Shown here: positions 28,881-41,763 of the stretch, in pieces
Position numbering within the stretch: position 1 is the stretch's first letter
How the letters are laid out: each line of letters begins with the position of its first letter
From: Escherichia coli
Lineage (GTDB): Bacteria > Pseudomonadota > Gammaproteobacteria > Enterobacterales > Enterobacteriaceae
Direction: 5' to 3' (one strand)
DNA length: 64,000 nucleotides
Assembly (NCBI RefSeq): GCF_003018255.1
Contig: NZ_CP027440.1
The notes under the pieces: model-generated
Told to the model about the DNA's origin: nothing
What the model saw: the letters and a program-made list of their open reading frames with translations, nothing else
Database searches by the model: none
Program-made: the position numbers and the translations under genes

Positions 28881-30212
28881 TTATAGGATAAAACGGCTCA
28901 GATCTTCATCTGCCACCAACGCATCCAGATGTTTGCTCACATAATCTGCGTCAATAGTGATGGTTTGACCGCTTAAATCGCTGGCGTCGTAGGAAATCTC
29001 TTCCATTAAACGCTCCAGAACGGTATGTAAACGACGAGCACCGATGTTTTCGGTAGATTCGTTCACCTGCCATGCCGCTTCCGCGATGCGCTTAATACCG
29101 GAGTCGGTAAACTCGATATTTACGCCTTCAGTCGCCATCAGTGCTTTGTACTGCACGGTAATAGAGGCATTCGGCTCGGTCAGAATACGCTCGAAGTCGC
29201 TGGTGGTCAGTGCCTGCAGCTCAACGCGGATTGGCAGACGACCTTGCAGTTCCGGGATCAGGTCAGACGGTTTCGCAATCTGGAACGCGCCAGAAGCGAT
29301 AAACAGAATGTGGTCAGTTTTGACCATCCCGTGTTTGGTGGAAACGGTGCAACCTTCTACCAGCGGCAGCAGGTCACGCTGAACACCTTCACGAGAAACA
29401 TCCGGACCGGAAGACTCGCCGCGCTTACAGATTTTGTCGATTTCGTCGATAAACACGATCCCGTGCTGCTCAACAGCGTCGATAGCGTCTTGCTTCAGCT
29501 CTTCCGGATTCACCAGTTTCGCCGCTTCTTCTTCAATCAGCAGCTTCATGGCGTCTTTGATTTTCAGCTTACGCGCTTTTTGCTTCTGACCGCCCAGGTT
29601 CTGGAACATGGACTGCAGCTGGCTGGTCATCTCTTCCATGCCCGGAGGAGCCATAATTTCAACGCCCATCGGTGCTGCGGCAAGATCGATCTCGATTTCT
29701 TTGTCATCAAGCTGGCCTTCACGCAGTTTTTTGCGGAATGCCTGACGAGCAGCGGACGGTTCCTGCTGCTGTTCGGTCTGTCCCCAGTTGTTTTTAGCCG
29801 GTGGGATCAGTACGTCGAGAATACGTTCTTCTGCCAGTTCTTCAGCGCGATAACGGTTTTTCTCGATAGCCTGGACACGTACCATTTTCACGGCGGCATC
29901 GGTCAGATCGCGAATAATAGAATCCACTTCCTTACCGACATAGCCCACTTCGGTGAATTTGGTCGCTTCAACTTTGATGAACGGCGCATTCGCCAGCTTA
30001 GCCAGACGACGGGCGATTTCAGTTTTACCGACACCGGTCGGGCCGATCATCAGGATATTTTTCGGGGTCACTTCATGGCGCAGCTCTTCGTTGAGCTGCA
30101 TGCGACGCCAGCGGTTACGCAGAGCAATCGCCACGGAACGCTTGGCGTTGTCCTGGCCGATGATGTGCTTATCCAGTTCGCTGACGATTTCGCGTGGGGT
30201 CATTTCAGACAT
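28881..30212 (-). CDS. hslU: ATP-dependent protease ATPase subunit HslU
   Basis: 443-aa translation [37 protein letters not shown] with Walker A GPTGVGKT. Confidence 0.97.
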
Positions 30213-30221
30213 GGGAGATCC

Positions 30222-30752
30222 TTACGCTTTGTAGCTTAATTCTTCGATGGTGTGGAAATGGTTGGTATAGATGCAAATGTCGCCTGCAATATCCAACGCC
30301 TTTTCAGCAATTTCACGGGCGCTAAGTTCAGTGTTTTCTAACAGCGCGCGCGCCGCAGCCTGGGCGTAAGGGCCGCCGGAGCCGATAGCAATAAGATCGT
30401 TTTCTGGCTGCACCACGTCACCGTTACCGGTGATGATAAGCGAAGCGGTTTCATCCGCGACTGCCAGCAGTGCTTCAAGTTTGCGCAGCATGCGATCGGT
30501 ACGCCAGTCTTTTGCCAGCTCAACGGCGGCTTTGACCAGATGGCCCTGATGCATTTCCAGTTTACGTTCAAACAGTTCGAACAGCGTAAAAGCATCCGCA
30601 GTACCGCCCGCAAAGCCCGCGATGACTTTGTCGTTGTACAGACGGCGGACCTTTTTCACGTTGCCTTTCATTACGGTATTGCCCAACGTGGCCTGACCAT
30701 CACCAGCGATGACCACATGGCCGTTACGGCGTACGCTTACTATAGTTGTCAC
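30222..30752 (-). CDS. hslV: ATP-dependent protease subunit HslV
   Basis: 176-aa translation [38 protein letters not shown]. Confidence 0.97.
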
Positions 30753-30844
30753 GAGCTGACCCCTTGGTTACGAATACAGAGTACAAACCCCGTACAAAAG
30801 TACGGGGCATAATGCAATTATAGATGGGGGGGATTTTGAGGGTT

Positions 30845-31804
30845 TCAACCCCCGGCGGCGAGCCGAATGCAGTTTGTATGACCCGCCATCTTCAAGCGAT
30901 TGAGGGTGCTGTCTGCGTTCTCTTTGCCTTTCACCGGGCCAATGACCACACGATTCCAGCCATTGTTGGTGGTGATTTTCGAGTCAAAGCCTTCAAACGC
31001 CAGCTGAGCACGTACCGTCTCTGCCTGTTCCGCGCCTCTGAACGAACCGCACTGCACCATCCAGCGGCGTTCGTCTTTTTTCTCCGCCGTCGGTTTTGGC
31101 GCGTCAGCGGCACGAGCAACCGGCGCAGCTTGCTGCGGCTTCGACTGCGCGGTCGTGTGCGCAGGGGTTTGCAGCAGATCCTGGTACGGCTGCTGAGTAG
31201 AAGCCGGTTTAGACTGGCGCGGTTGCGCCTGTACCGGCGCGGCTTGCGACGTACGCGTCTGCTGCTGCCAGCTTTGTTCAGTCGTACGCGACTGCTGAGC
31301 CAGGCGTTGCTGCTCCGCTAATTGCTGCGCCTGACGCTGGCGCTGTAGCGTTTGCTGACGCTGTTCCGGCGTCTGTTCATTCCACGGAACTTCAACCAGC
31401 TGCGTTGGCTGCTGGCGCATATCAGCCTGCATTTGCTCAAGAAGCTGGCGTTGTTCTGGTGTCAGTTGCTCCGGCGTTTTCACTTCACCACCGGCAGAAG
31501 GTTCTGTAGGCGCACGCACACCCGGCTGGCGACTTTCCAGCTCTTTGATGTAGCGCCAGCGTTCTTCTGGTTTTGGTGGTAGTCCGTTTCCGGTCACTTT
31601 CTGGCTTTGCAGTGTCTCGGACTCTTCTTTCTTGTGATGCGTAATGAAGTACAGACCACCGATAAAGGTCACAAGAACGGCGGCAGCAATAGCGACCATA
31701 GCGGGAGAAACCGCAGGCAGATTTCGTTGCTTTTTCCGTGAGGTGCTCTTTTTTCGCCGCGAAGGTGCCGGTTGGCTGCGGCGTACATAATCTCGTTGTG
31801 CCAC
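30845..31804 (-). CDS. ftsN: cell-division protein FtsN
   Basis: 319 aa, MAQRDYVRRSQPAPSRRKK, Q/P-rich linker and C-terminal SPOR domain. Confidence 0.95.
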   Translation of the reverse strand: MAQRDYVRRSQPAPSRRKKSTSRKKQRNLPAVSPAMVAIAAAVLVTFIGGLYFITHHKKEESETLQSQKVTGNGLPPKPEERWRYIKELESRQPGVRAPTEPSAGGEVKTPEQLTPEQRQLLEQMQADMRQQPTQLVEVPWNEQTPEQRQQTLQRQRQAQQLAEQQRLAQQSRTTEQSWQQQTRTSQAAPVQAQPRQSKPASTQQPYQDLLQTPAHTTAQSKPQQAAPVARAADAPKPTAEKKDERRWMVQCGSFRGAEQAETVRAQLAFEGFDSKITTNNGWNRVVIGPVKGKENADSTLNRLKMAGHTNCIRLAAGG

Positions 31805-31895
31805 TATCGTTTCGCTGTATTTATTCGTTCGTCAGCCCGCCATGTTACTTAAGCGGCGGGCCTTTGACCAGTCACGGCAGTCTTAAAGGTTTACT

Positions 31896-32921
31896 TTAAG
31901 GTAACGCGCGTGTTGATCCCCGGATGATAAGTTCGCAGTCCATTAAACGAGAGCCACTGCCAACGTGTTGCCCCTGCATTTGATCAAGCAATAACAGCAT
32001 AGCTTCCCGACCGATTTCGTAACGCGGCTGCGCGATGGTTGTCAGCGGCGGATCACAAAATTGCGTCAGGTCGATGTTATCAAAACCGATTATGGAAAGG
32101 TCTTCCGGGACTTTCAGCCCCTGGCGTTTTGCCTGAGAAAGTGCGCCGAGCGCCATCACATCGCTATGGCAGAAGACAGCAGTAGGCGGTTGTGGAAGAT
32201 CAAGCAACTGCTGCATCGCTTTGCTTCCGGCTTCGAAGGTGAAGTCGCCACGGGCGATGTATTGCGGATCAACCATAATGCCGCAGCGACGCAGCGCCTG
32301 GACATAGCCTTGCAGGCGGTAGTGACACAGCGGCATCTCTTCGGGACCGGCTATACAGCCAATCCGATTATGCCCTTGCTCATATAAATAATTTACTGCA
32401 TCAAATGCGGCGGTCAGATTGTCGATATGAACGGTAGGCAGCTCCAGTTCCGGTGCAAATTCGTTCGCCATCACCATCGGCGGCAGATTACGCTGTTCCT
32501 CAATGCTGGCATCAAACGGCAGCCTTGAACCCAGCAGCAACATGCCATCAATTTGCTTGGTGATGATCAAATCGATAAAGGTTTTTTCCTGCTGATTTTG
32601 ATGCGCACAGTCGCCAATCAGCACCAGATATCCGTGATTTGCCGCCGTAACTTCGATACCGCGAATAATTTCGCTAAAGAAGGGATCGCAGATATCCGGG
32701 ACAATCACCAGAATAGTGCGGGATTCATTACGCTTGACGTTGCGCCCCATAGGCTGCGGTAAATAACCCACTTCCCGGGCCGCTTTTTCAACCCGATTAC
32801 GGGTGGCCTGGGAGACTTTATCGGGATTCATTAATGCTCGGGAGACAGTCGCTGTAGAGACTTTTGCCTTGAGGGCAACGTCTTTCATGGTCGCGGCAGT
32901 TTCCTGCTTCTTCGCTTTCAC
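31896..32921 (-). CDS. cytR: LacI-family repressor CytR
   Basis: GTG start giving (M)KAKKQETAATMKDVALKAKVSTATVSRAL, 341 aa; HTH at the N-terminus. Confidence 0.92.
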   Translation of the reverse strand: MKAKKQETAATMKDVALKAKVSTATVSRALMNPDKVSQATRNRVEKAAREVGYLPQPMGRNVKRNESRTILVIVPDICDPFFSEIIRGIEVTAANHGYLVLIGDCAHQNQQEKTFIDLIITKQIDGMLLLGSRLPFDASIEEQRNLPPMVMANEFAPELELPTVHIDNLTAAFDAVNYLYEQGHNRIGCIAGPEEMPLCHYRLQGYVQALRRCGIMVDPQYIARGDFTFEAGSKAMQQLLDLPQPPTAVFCHSDVMALGALSQAKRQGLKVPEDLSIIGFDNIDLTQFCDPPLTTIAQPRYEIGREAMLLLLDQMQGQHVGSGSRLMDCELIIRGSTRALP

Positions 32922-33076
32922 ACTCACTCCTCGCCTGGCACGTCAGGCGTACTACATCCATGTTTACTTCACATCGGCAACATTTTTAGCAGATAGCGCG
33001 TGAAAACGGTTACAGAATTTTCATGAAAAGTGTGATGAATATTGAATTTTTCGATCCGCCTCGCATCGTGAGCGCA

Positions 33077-35434
<2,358 letters not shown>

Positions 35435-35438
35435 TTAG

Positions 35439-35690
<252 letters not shown>

Positions 35691-35703
35691 GACCGGATTT
35701 CCG

Positions 35704-35730
35704 AAAAAAGCGCCGCACGGCGCTTTTTTT
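35704..35730 (+). terminator. rpmE intrinsic terminator
   Basis: aaaaaa-gcgccg-cac-ggcgc-ttttttt. Confidence 0.8.
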
Positions 35731-35750
35731 GTGCCTGAATTTTGGTCGTA

Positions 35751-36359
35751 TTACCAGGAAAACAGCGGCCATTCTTTGGCGACCGTGGTGAGTTGTGGCG
35801 CATCGAAAACGGCTTGTGGTGAAACTACCGTTTCCTCAAGCGGAATATTTTTGCCGTAGCGTTCTTTGAGCTTTGCCTGAACCAGCGGGTTACTAAGATC
35901 GAACTCTTTCAGCTTCTGCTGCTCGCCCACACGCATTCCCAGCGCATTCTGGTAGACCTTCCACACCACTTCCGAACAGTACTGGCGATCGTCGCTCCAC
36001 GAGAAGCTGGAGTCATACGGTTTACCGAGATAACGTTTTGCCGTTTGCGCCAGTTTTTGCTGTTGTTCAACACTCAGTCCGCCTTCAACGCGGCGAACAA
36101 CGTATTTGCCCTTTTCACCATGGGCGATCCACTGCTTGAGTGGGGTGTATTTTACCGGGCCGACCGCTTCAAAAACGTAGGGCTTTTTGTTGCGTATCAC
36201 CAGCATACCGGTGTGGCTGTAATCGGAATGGGTCGCCAGTTGGATCGCTTTACTTTGCGATGAGCGAGAGATCTGAAAGATGATGTCGCCGGTTTGTGGT
36301 TGCCAGGCAAATGCAGGCACAGAAACCAGCAGGCTGAGAATCAGTAGCCTGATTTTCAT
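35751..36359 (-). CDS. yiiX: DUF830 (NlpC/P60-like) protein YiiX
   Basis: 202 aa with signal peptide MKIRLLILSLLVSVPAFA; synteny between rpmE and metJ. Confidence 0.88.
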   Translation of the reverse strand: MKIRLLILSLLVSVPAFAWQPQTGDIIFQISRSSQSKAIQLATHSDYSHTGMLVIRNKKPYVFEAVGPVKYTPLKQWIAHGEKGKYVVRRVEGGLSVEQQQKLAQTAKRYLGKPYDSSFSWSDDRQYCSEVVWKVYQNALGMRVGEQQKLKEFDLSNPLVQAKLKERYGKNIPLEETVVSPQAVFDAPQLTTVAKEWPLFSW

Positions 36360-36418
36360 CGTTAAACGTCCATGTATGAAAAAAGCGGCTGGTTAACTCC
36401 GCGCCGCTCTTTTCCGCT

Positions 36419-36736
36419 TTAGTATTCCCACGTCTCCGGGTTAATCCCCATCTCACGCATGATCTCTTTTGCCGCCTCCGGAATTTCGTCGCTGCGCTCT
36501 TTACGCAGGTCGGCATCATCCGGCAAAGGTTGCCCGGTAAAGGCATGCAGAAACGCTTCGCACAGCAGCTCGCTGTTGGTCGCGTGACGCAGGTTGTTCA
36601 CCTGACGACGCGTGCGTTCATCGGTGAGGATTTTTAACACCTTAAGAGGAATGGAAACCGTAATTTTTTTGACTTGTTCACTCTTCTTGCCGTGCTCAGC
36701 GTATGGGCTGATATATTCGCCGCTCCATTCAGCCAT
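36419..36736 (-). CDS. metJ: methionine repressor MetJ
   Basis: Translation [66 protein letters not shown], 105 aa. Confidence 0.95.
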
Positions 36737-36925
36737 GAGATACTTAATCCTCTTCGTCAATAAATTGAGGCCAGACCACACAATTAATATGGGTACTGAC
36801 CGTAAACCCGCATAGTTTACCGTACAGGCGTTACCGTGACATCGTGTAATGCACCTGTCGGCGTGATAATGCATATAATTTTAACGGCTATTTGAGATTT
36901 GCTCAATCTATACGCAAAGAAGTTT

Positions 36926-36949
36926 AGATGTCCAGATGTATTGACGTCC
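36926..36949. promoter_or_regulatory. tandem met boxes (MetJ operator) of the metBL promoter
   Basis: agatgtcc-agatgtat-tgacgtcc: three 8-bp repeats resembling AGACGTCT. Confidence 0.6.
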
Positions 36950-37012
36950 ATTAACACAATGTTTACTCTGGTGCCTGACATTTCACCGACCAAGCCCAGG
37001 GAACTTCATCAC

Positions 37013-38173
37013 ATGACGCGTAAACAGGCCACCATCGCAGTGCGTAGCGGGTTAAATGACGACGAACAGTATGGTTGCGTTGTCCCTCCCATCCATCTTT
37101 CCAGTACCTATAACTTTACCGGATTTAATGAACCGCGCGCGCATGATTACTCGCGGCGCGGCAACCCAACGCGCGATGTGGTTCAGCGAGCGCTGGCAGA
37201 ACTGGAAGGCGGTGCTGGTGCAGTACTTACTAATACCGGCATGTCCGCGATTCACCTGGTAACGACCGTTTTTTTGAAACCTGGCGATCTGCTGGTTGCG
37301 CCGCACGACTGCTACGGCGGTAGCTATCGCCTGTTCGACAGCCTAGCGAAACGCGGTTGCTATCGCGTGTTGTTTGTTGATCAAAGCGATGAACAGGCAT
37401 TACGGGCAGCGCTGGCAGAAAAACCCAAACTGGTACTGGTAGAAAGCCCAAGTAATCCATTGTTACGCGTCGTGGATATTGCGAAAATCTGCCATCTGGC
37501 AAGGGAAGTCGGGGCGGTGAGCGTGGTGGATAACACCTTCTTAAGCCCGGCATTACAAAATCCGCTGGCATTAGGTGCCGATCTGGTGTTGCATTCATGT
37601 ACGAAATATCTGAACGGTCACTCAGACGTGGTGGCCGGCGTAGTGATTGCTAAAGACCCGGACGTTGTCACTGAACTTGCCTGGTGGGCAAACAATATTG
37701 GCGTGACGGGCGGCGCGTTTGACAGCTATCTGCTGCTGCGCGGGTTGCGAACGCTGGTGCCGCGTATGGAGCTGGCGCAGCGCAACGCGCAGGCGATTGT
37801 GAAATATCTGCAAACCCAGCCGTTGGTGAAAAAACTGTATCACCCGTCGCTGCCGGAAAATCAGGGGCATGAAATTGCCGCGCGCCAGCAAAAAGGCTTT
37901 GGCGCAATGTTGAGTTTTGAACTGGATGGCGATGAGCAGACGCTGCGTCGTTTCCTGGGCGGGTTGTCGTTGTTTACGCTGGCGGAATCATTAGGGGGAG
38001 TGGAAAGTTTAATCTCTCACGCCGCAACCATGACACATGCAGGCATGGCGCCAGAAGCGCGTGCTGCCGCCGGGATCTCCGAGACGCTGCTACGTATCTC
38101 CACCGGTATTGAAGATGGCGAAGATTTAATTGCCGACCTGGAAAATGGCTTCCGGGCTGCAAACAAGGGGTAA
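37013..38173 (+). CDS. metB: cystathionine gamma-synthase
   Basis: Translation MTRKQATIAVRSGLNDDEQYGCVVPPIHLSSTY, 386 aa. Confidence 0.95.
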   Translation: MTRKQATIAVRSGLNDDEQYGCVVPPIHLSSTYNFTGFNEPRAHDYSRRGNPTRDVVQRALAELEGGAGAVLTNTGMSAIHLVTTVFLKPGDLLVAPHDCYGGSYRLFDSLAKRGCYRVLFVDQSDEQALRAALAEKPKLVLVESPSNPLLRVVDIAKICHLAREVGAVSVVDNTFLSPALQNPLALGADLVLHSCTKYLNGHSDVVAGVVIAKDPDVVTELAWWANNIGVTGGAFDSYLLLRGLRTLVPRMELAQRNAQAIVKYLQTQPLVKKLYHPSLPENQGHEIAARQQKGFGAMLSFELDGDEQTLRRFLGGLSLFTLAESLGGVESLISHAATMTHAGMAPEARAAAGISETLLRISTGIEDGEDLIADLENGFRAANKG

Positions 38174-38175
38174 AA

Positions 38176-40608
38176 ATGAGTGTGATTGCGCAGGCAGGGG
38201 CGAAAGGTCGTCAACTGCATAAATTTGGTGGCAGTAGTCTGGCTGATGTGAAGTGTTATTTGCGTGTCGCGGGCATTATGGCGGAGTACTCTCAGCCTGA
38301 CGATATGATGGTGGTTTCCGCCGCCGGTAGCACCACTAACCAGTTGATTAACTGGTTGAAACTAAGCCAGACCGATCGTCTCTCTGCGCATCAGGTTCAA
38401 CAAACGCTACGTCGTTATCAGTGCGATCTGATTAGCGGCCTGCTACCCGCCGAAGAAGCCGATAGCCTCATTAGCGCCTTTGTCAGCGATCTGGAACGCC
38501 TCGCGGCGCTGCTCGACAGCGGTATTAATGATGCGGTGTATGCGGAAGTGGTGGGCCACGGTGAAGTGTGGTCGGCGCGCCTGATGTCTGCGGTACTTAA
38601 TCAACAAGGGCTGCCAGCGGCCTGGCTTGATGCCCGCGAGTTTTTACGCGCTGAACGCGCCGCGCAGCCGCAGGTTGATGAAGGGCTTTCTTACCCGTTG
38701 CTGCAACAGCTACTGGTACAACATCCGGGCAAACGTCTGGTGGTGACCGGGTTTATCAGCCGTAACAACGCCGGTGAAACGGTGCTGCTGGGGCGTAACG
38801 GTTCCGACTATTCCGCGACACAAATCGGTGCGCTGGCGGGTGTTTCCCGCGTAACCATCTGGAGCGATGTCGCCGGGGTATATAGTGCCGACCCGCGTAA
38901 AGTGAAAGATGCCTGTCTGCTGCCATTGCTGCGTCTTGATGAAGCCAGCGAACTGGCGCGTCTGGCGGCCCCCGTTCTTCACGCCCGTACTTTACAGCCA
39001 GTATCCGGTAGTGAAATCGACCTGCAGCTGCGCTGTAGCTACACGCCGGATCAAGGTTCCACGCGCATTGAACGCGTGCTGGCCTCCGGTACTGGTGCGC
39101 GTATTGTCACCAGCCACGATGATGTCTGTTTGATTGAGTTTCAGGTGCCCGCCAGTCAGGATTTTAAACTGGCGCATAAAGAGATCGACCAAATCCTGAA
39201 ACGTGCTCAGGTGCGCCCACTGGCAGTTGGCGTGCATAACGATCGCCAGTTGCTGCAATTTTGCTACACCTCGGAAGTGGCCGACAGTGCGCTGAAAATC
39301 CTCGACGAAGCAGGATTACCCGGCGAACTGCGTCTGCGTCAGGGGCTGGCGCTGGTGGCGATGGTTGGGGCGGGCGTCACCCGTAACCCGCTGCATTGCC
39401 ACCGCTTCTGGCAGCAACTGAAAGGCCAGCCGGTCGAGTTTACCTGGCAGTCCGATGACGGCATCAGCCTGGTGGCAGTACTGCGCACCGGCCCGACCGA
39501 AAGCCTGATTCAGGGGCTGCATCAGTCCGTCTTCCGCGCAGAAAAACGCATCGGCCTGGTATTGTTCGGTAAGGGAAATATCGGTTCCCGCTGGCTGGAA
39601 CTGTTCGCCCGTGAGCAGAGCACGCTCTCGGCGCGCACCGGCTTTGAATTTGTGCTGGCAGGCGTGGTGGACAGCCGTCGCAGCCTGTTGAGCTATGACG
39701 GGCTGGACGCCAGCCGTGCGCTAGCCTTCTTTAATGATGAAGCCGTCGAACAGGATGAAGAGTCGCTATTCCTGTGGATGCGTGCCCATCCGTATGATGA
39801 TTTAGTTGTGCTGGACGTTACTGCCAGCCAGCAGCTTGCTGATCAGTATCTCGATTTCGCCAGCCACGGTTTCCACGTCATCAGTGCCAACAAACTGGCG
39901 GGAGCGAGCGACAGCAATAAATATCGCCAGATCCACGACGCGTTCGAAAAAACCGGGCGTCACTGGCTGTACAACGCCACCGTCGGCGCAGGTTTGCCGA
40001 TCAACCATACCGTGCGCGATCTGATCGACAGCGGCGACACTATTTTGTCGATCAGCGGGATCTTCTCCGGCACGCTCTCCTGGCTGTTCCTGCAATTCGA
40101 CGGTAGCGTGCCGTTTACTGAACTGGTGGATCAGGCGTGGCAGCAGGGCTTAACTGAACCTGACCCGCGTGATGACCTCTCCGGCAAAGATGTGATGCGC
40201 AAGCTGGTGATTCTGGCGCGTGAAGCGGGTTACAACATTGAACCGGACCAGGTGCGTGTTGAATCACTGGTGCCAACCCATTGCGAAGGTGGAAGCATCG
40301 ACCATTTCTTTGAAAATGGCGATGAACTTAATGAGCAGATGGTACAACGGTTGGAAGCGGCCCGTGAAATGGGGCTGGTGTTGCGCTACGTGGCGCGTTT
40401 CGATGCCAACGGCAAAGCGCGAGTAGGCGTGGAAGCGGTGCGAGAAGACCATCCGCTGGCATCACTACTACCGTGCGATAACGTCTTTGCCATCGAAAGC
40501 CGCTGGTATCGCGATAATCCGTTGGTGATCCGCGGGCCAGGTGCAGGGCGCGACGTCACCGCCGGGGCGATTCAGTCGGATATTAACCGTCTGGCGCAGT
40601 TGTTGTAG
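38176..40608 (+). CDS. metL: bifunctional aspartokinase II / homoserine dehydrogenase II
   Basis: 810-aa translation MSVIAQAGAKGRQLHKFGGSSLADVKCYLRVAGIMAEYS. Confidence 0.97.
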   Translation: MSVIAQAGAKGRQLHKFGGSSLADVKCYLRVAGIMAEYSQPDDMMVVSAAGSTTNQLINWLKLSQTDRLSAHQVQQTLRRYQCDLISGLLPAEEADSLISAFVSDLERLAALLDSGINDAVYAEVVGHGEVWSARLMSAVLNQQGLPAAWLDAREFLRAERAAQPQVDEGLSYPLLQQLLVQHPGKRLVVTGFISRNNAGETVLLGRNGSDYSATQIGALAGVSRVTIWSDVAGVYSADPRKVKDACLLPLLRLDEASELARLAAPVLHARTLQPVSGSEIDLQLRCSYTPDQGSTRIERVLASGTGARIVTSHDDVCLIEFQVPASQDFKLAHKEIDQILKRAQVRPLAVGVHNDRQLLQFCYTSEVADSALKILDEAGLPGELRLRQGLALVAMVGAGVTRNPLHCHRFWQQLKGQPVEFTWQSDDGISLVAVLRTGPTESLIQGLHQSVFRAEKRIGLVLFGKGNIGSRWLELFAREQSTLSARTGFEFVLAGVVDSRRSLLSYDGLDASRALAFFNDEAVEQDEESLFLWMRAHPYDDLVVLDVTASQQLADQYLDFASHGFHVISANKLAGASDSNKYRQIHDAFEKTGRHWLYNATVGAGLPINHTVRDLIDSGDTILSISGIFSGTLSWLFLQFDGSVPFTELVDQAWQQGLTEPDPRDDLSGKDVMRKLVILAREAGYNIEPDQVRVESLVPTHCEGGSIDHFFENGDELNEQMVQRLEAAREMGLVLRYVARFDANGKARVGVEAVREDHPLASLLPCDNVFAIESRWYRDNPLVIRGPGAGRDVTAGAIQSDINRLAQLL

Positions 40609-40619
40609 TGATTATTGAA

Positions 40620-40650
40620 CAAAAGCTGGCAGTTGCCAGCTTTTGTTGTC
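40620..40650 (+). terminator. metL intrinsic terminator
   Basis: caaaagctggca-gt-tgccagcttttg perfect 12-bp stem followed by a T-rich tail. Confidence 0.75.
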
Positions 40651-40824
40651 ACCTCTAAACCACCTCCTGCGGAGGTGGTGATTGATTGTCATTTTGCCTT
40701 TGGTCAGTGCCCCGGTAATAAGGGGGCTTTTGTGTTGAGCGATGAATTCACAGTGTGAATGGTGAAGTTATTTATGACAATTACAAAATGGCATTAAGTA
40801 AAAATATCTAAAACATCACCTGAT

Positions 40825-41685
40825 TTAAAATTGATAACCAATAGTAGTATAGGTTCCCCATCCTGTGTTTTTTAATTCAAATGGACCATCTCCGAAGTTA
40901 ACTTTCTCCCCAGCATTCCATTGTCCACCGTTGTGAAAATAACGTAGTGTAAATGCAAATTTCCAGTGTTCATATAGCAGGGAAAGGATATGGCTTGAAG
41001 CAATAGCATTACTGGTTCGTTTATTATTGTGTGATTTGTCCGCAAGATCGGAGCCAAAATCAAAGTTAGTAAAACTATTGTATACCAATCGCCCTCCGAA
41101 TAAATGGGTAAGAGGAATGCTATATTTTATTTTGAATCGATATCCGTCCCATTCATTTTCATTAGCGGCACCATAGTTTTGCCACTGATACTTGGCGTAT
41201 ATATTGGCAGAAAGCTTAATTGGTAGACCCGTGTCGATATCTGTACCAAGCCCCATATACCATGTACTTTGCCGGGATGACTGGTTGTCACCCATATCAT
41301 AGACATAGTTGTTTGCAATGAACCATTCTTTAAAAGGGCCGAACGCAAGATTTAATCCGGTCAATTTGTCAATGGAAAACCGAGGTTCTATTTCCGTAAA
41401 TAGTGGTGAGCCCTCATCCCAGATCCCAACATCATAGTGACTGCCGACGCCAAAGAATTTTGGTAGATCAACATAACCATAAAAATCAAACCAGTCTTTT
41501 CTTCCTGCTACAGTATATTCAGGGTAGAGGTCGTTAGTCAGTCTTGGGCCAAAGCGAGAGTCTGTGCGACCAATGACATTCAAGCTTTGATGTAACCAGC
41601 TTTCATCAATTTTAATTTCCTGAGCGTTTCCAATGCAAGGTATTAATAGAATGGATAAAGCTATCCCGTGCTTTTTTATACACAT
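40825..41685 (-). CDS. Tsx-family outer-membrane nucleoside-specific channel (Tsx paralog)
   Basis: 286 aa with a signal peptide; shares long blocks with E. coli Tsx as I recall it ([81 protein letters not shown]) and ends in an aromatic residue (GYQF). Confidence 0.85.
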   Translation of the reverse strand: MCIKKHGIALSILLIPCIGNAQEIKIDESWLHQSLNVIGRTDSRFGPRLTNDLYPEYTVAGRKDWFDFYGYVDLPKFFGVGSHYDVGIWDEGSPLFTEIEPRFSIDKLTGLNLAFGPFKEWFIANNYVYDMGDNQSSRQSTWYMGLGTDIDTGLPIKLSANIYAKYQWQNYGAANENEWDGYRFKIKYSIPLTHLFGGRLVYNSFTNFDFGSDLADKSHNNKRTSNAIASSHILSLLYEHWKFAFTLRYFHNGGQWNAGEKVNFGDGPFELKNTGWGTYTTIGYQF

Positions 41686-41724
41686 AAATATATCTCATTA
41701 TTTATTGTTGATTTAGAGAAAAAT

Positions 41725-41761
41725 AATGCCATTCAGTGAATGAATGGCATTATAATTTTTT
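41725..41761 (-). terminator. intrinsic terminator after nucleotidase paralog A (bidirectional-looking)
   Basis: aatgccattca-gtgaa-tgaatggcatt 11-bp perfect stem flanked by A/T runs on both sides. Confidence 0.6.
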
Positions 41762-41763
41762 TA

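Noticed and set aside
29244-30239. 331-aa ORF on the plus strand inside hslU, and similar long antisense ORFs (16173-16901 in pfkA, 19300-19959 in tpiA, 10463-11077 in kdgT, 24187-24840 in glpK, 33412-34002 in priA, 59726-60340 in pflD, 30824-31321 in ftsN)
   Set aside because: These lie entirely within well-supported genes on the opposite strand, have Arg/Ser/Cys-rich low-complexity translations and no RBS context. They are shadow ORFs typical of GC-rich coding DNA.
31150-31600. Gln/Pro/Ala-rich repetitive stretch inside ftsN, which could look like a degenerate tandem repeat
   Set aside because: This is the known low-complexity periplasmic linker of FtsN, not an independent repeat element.
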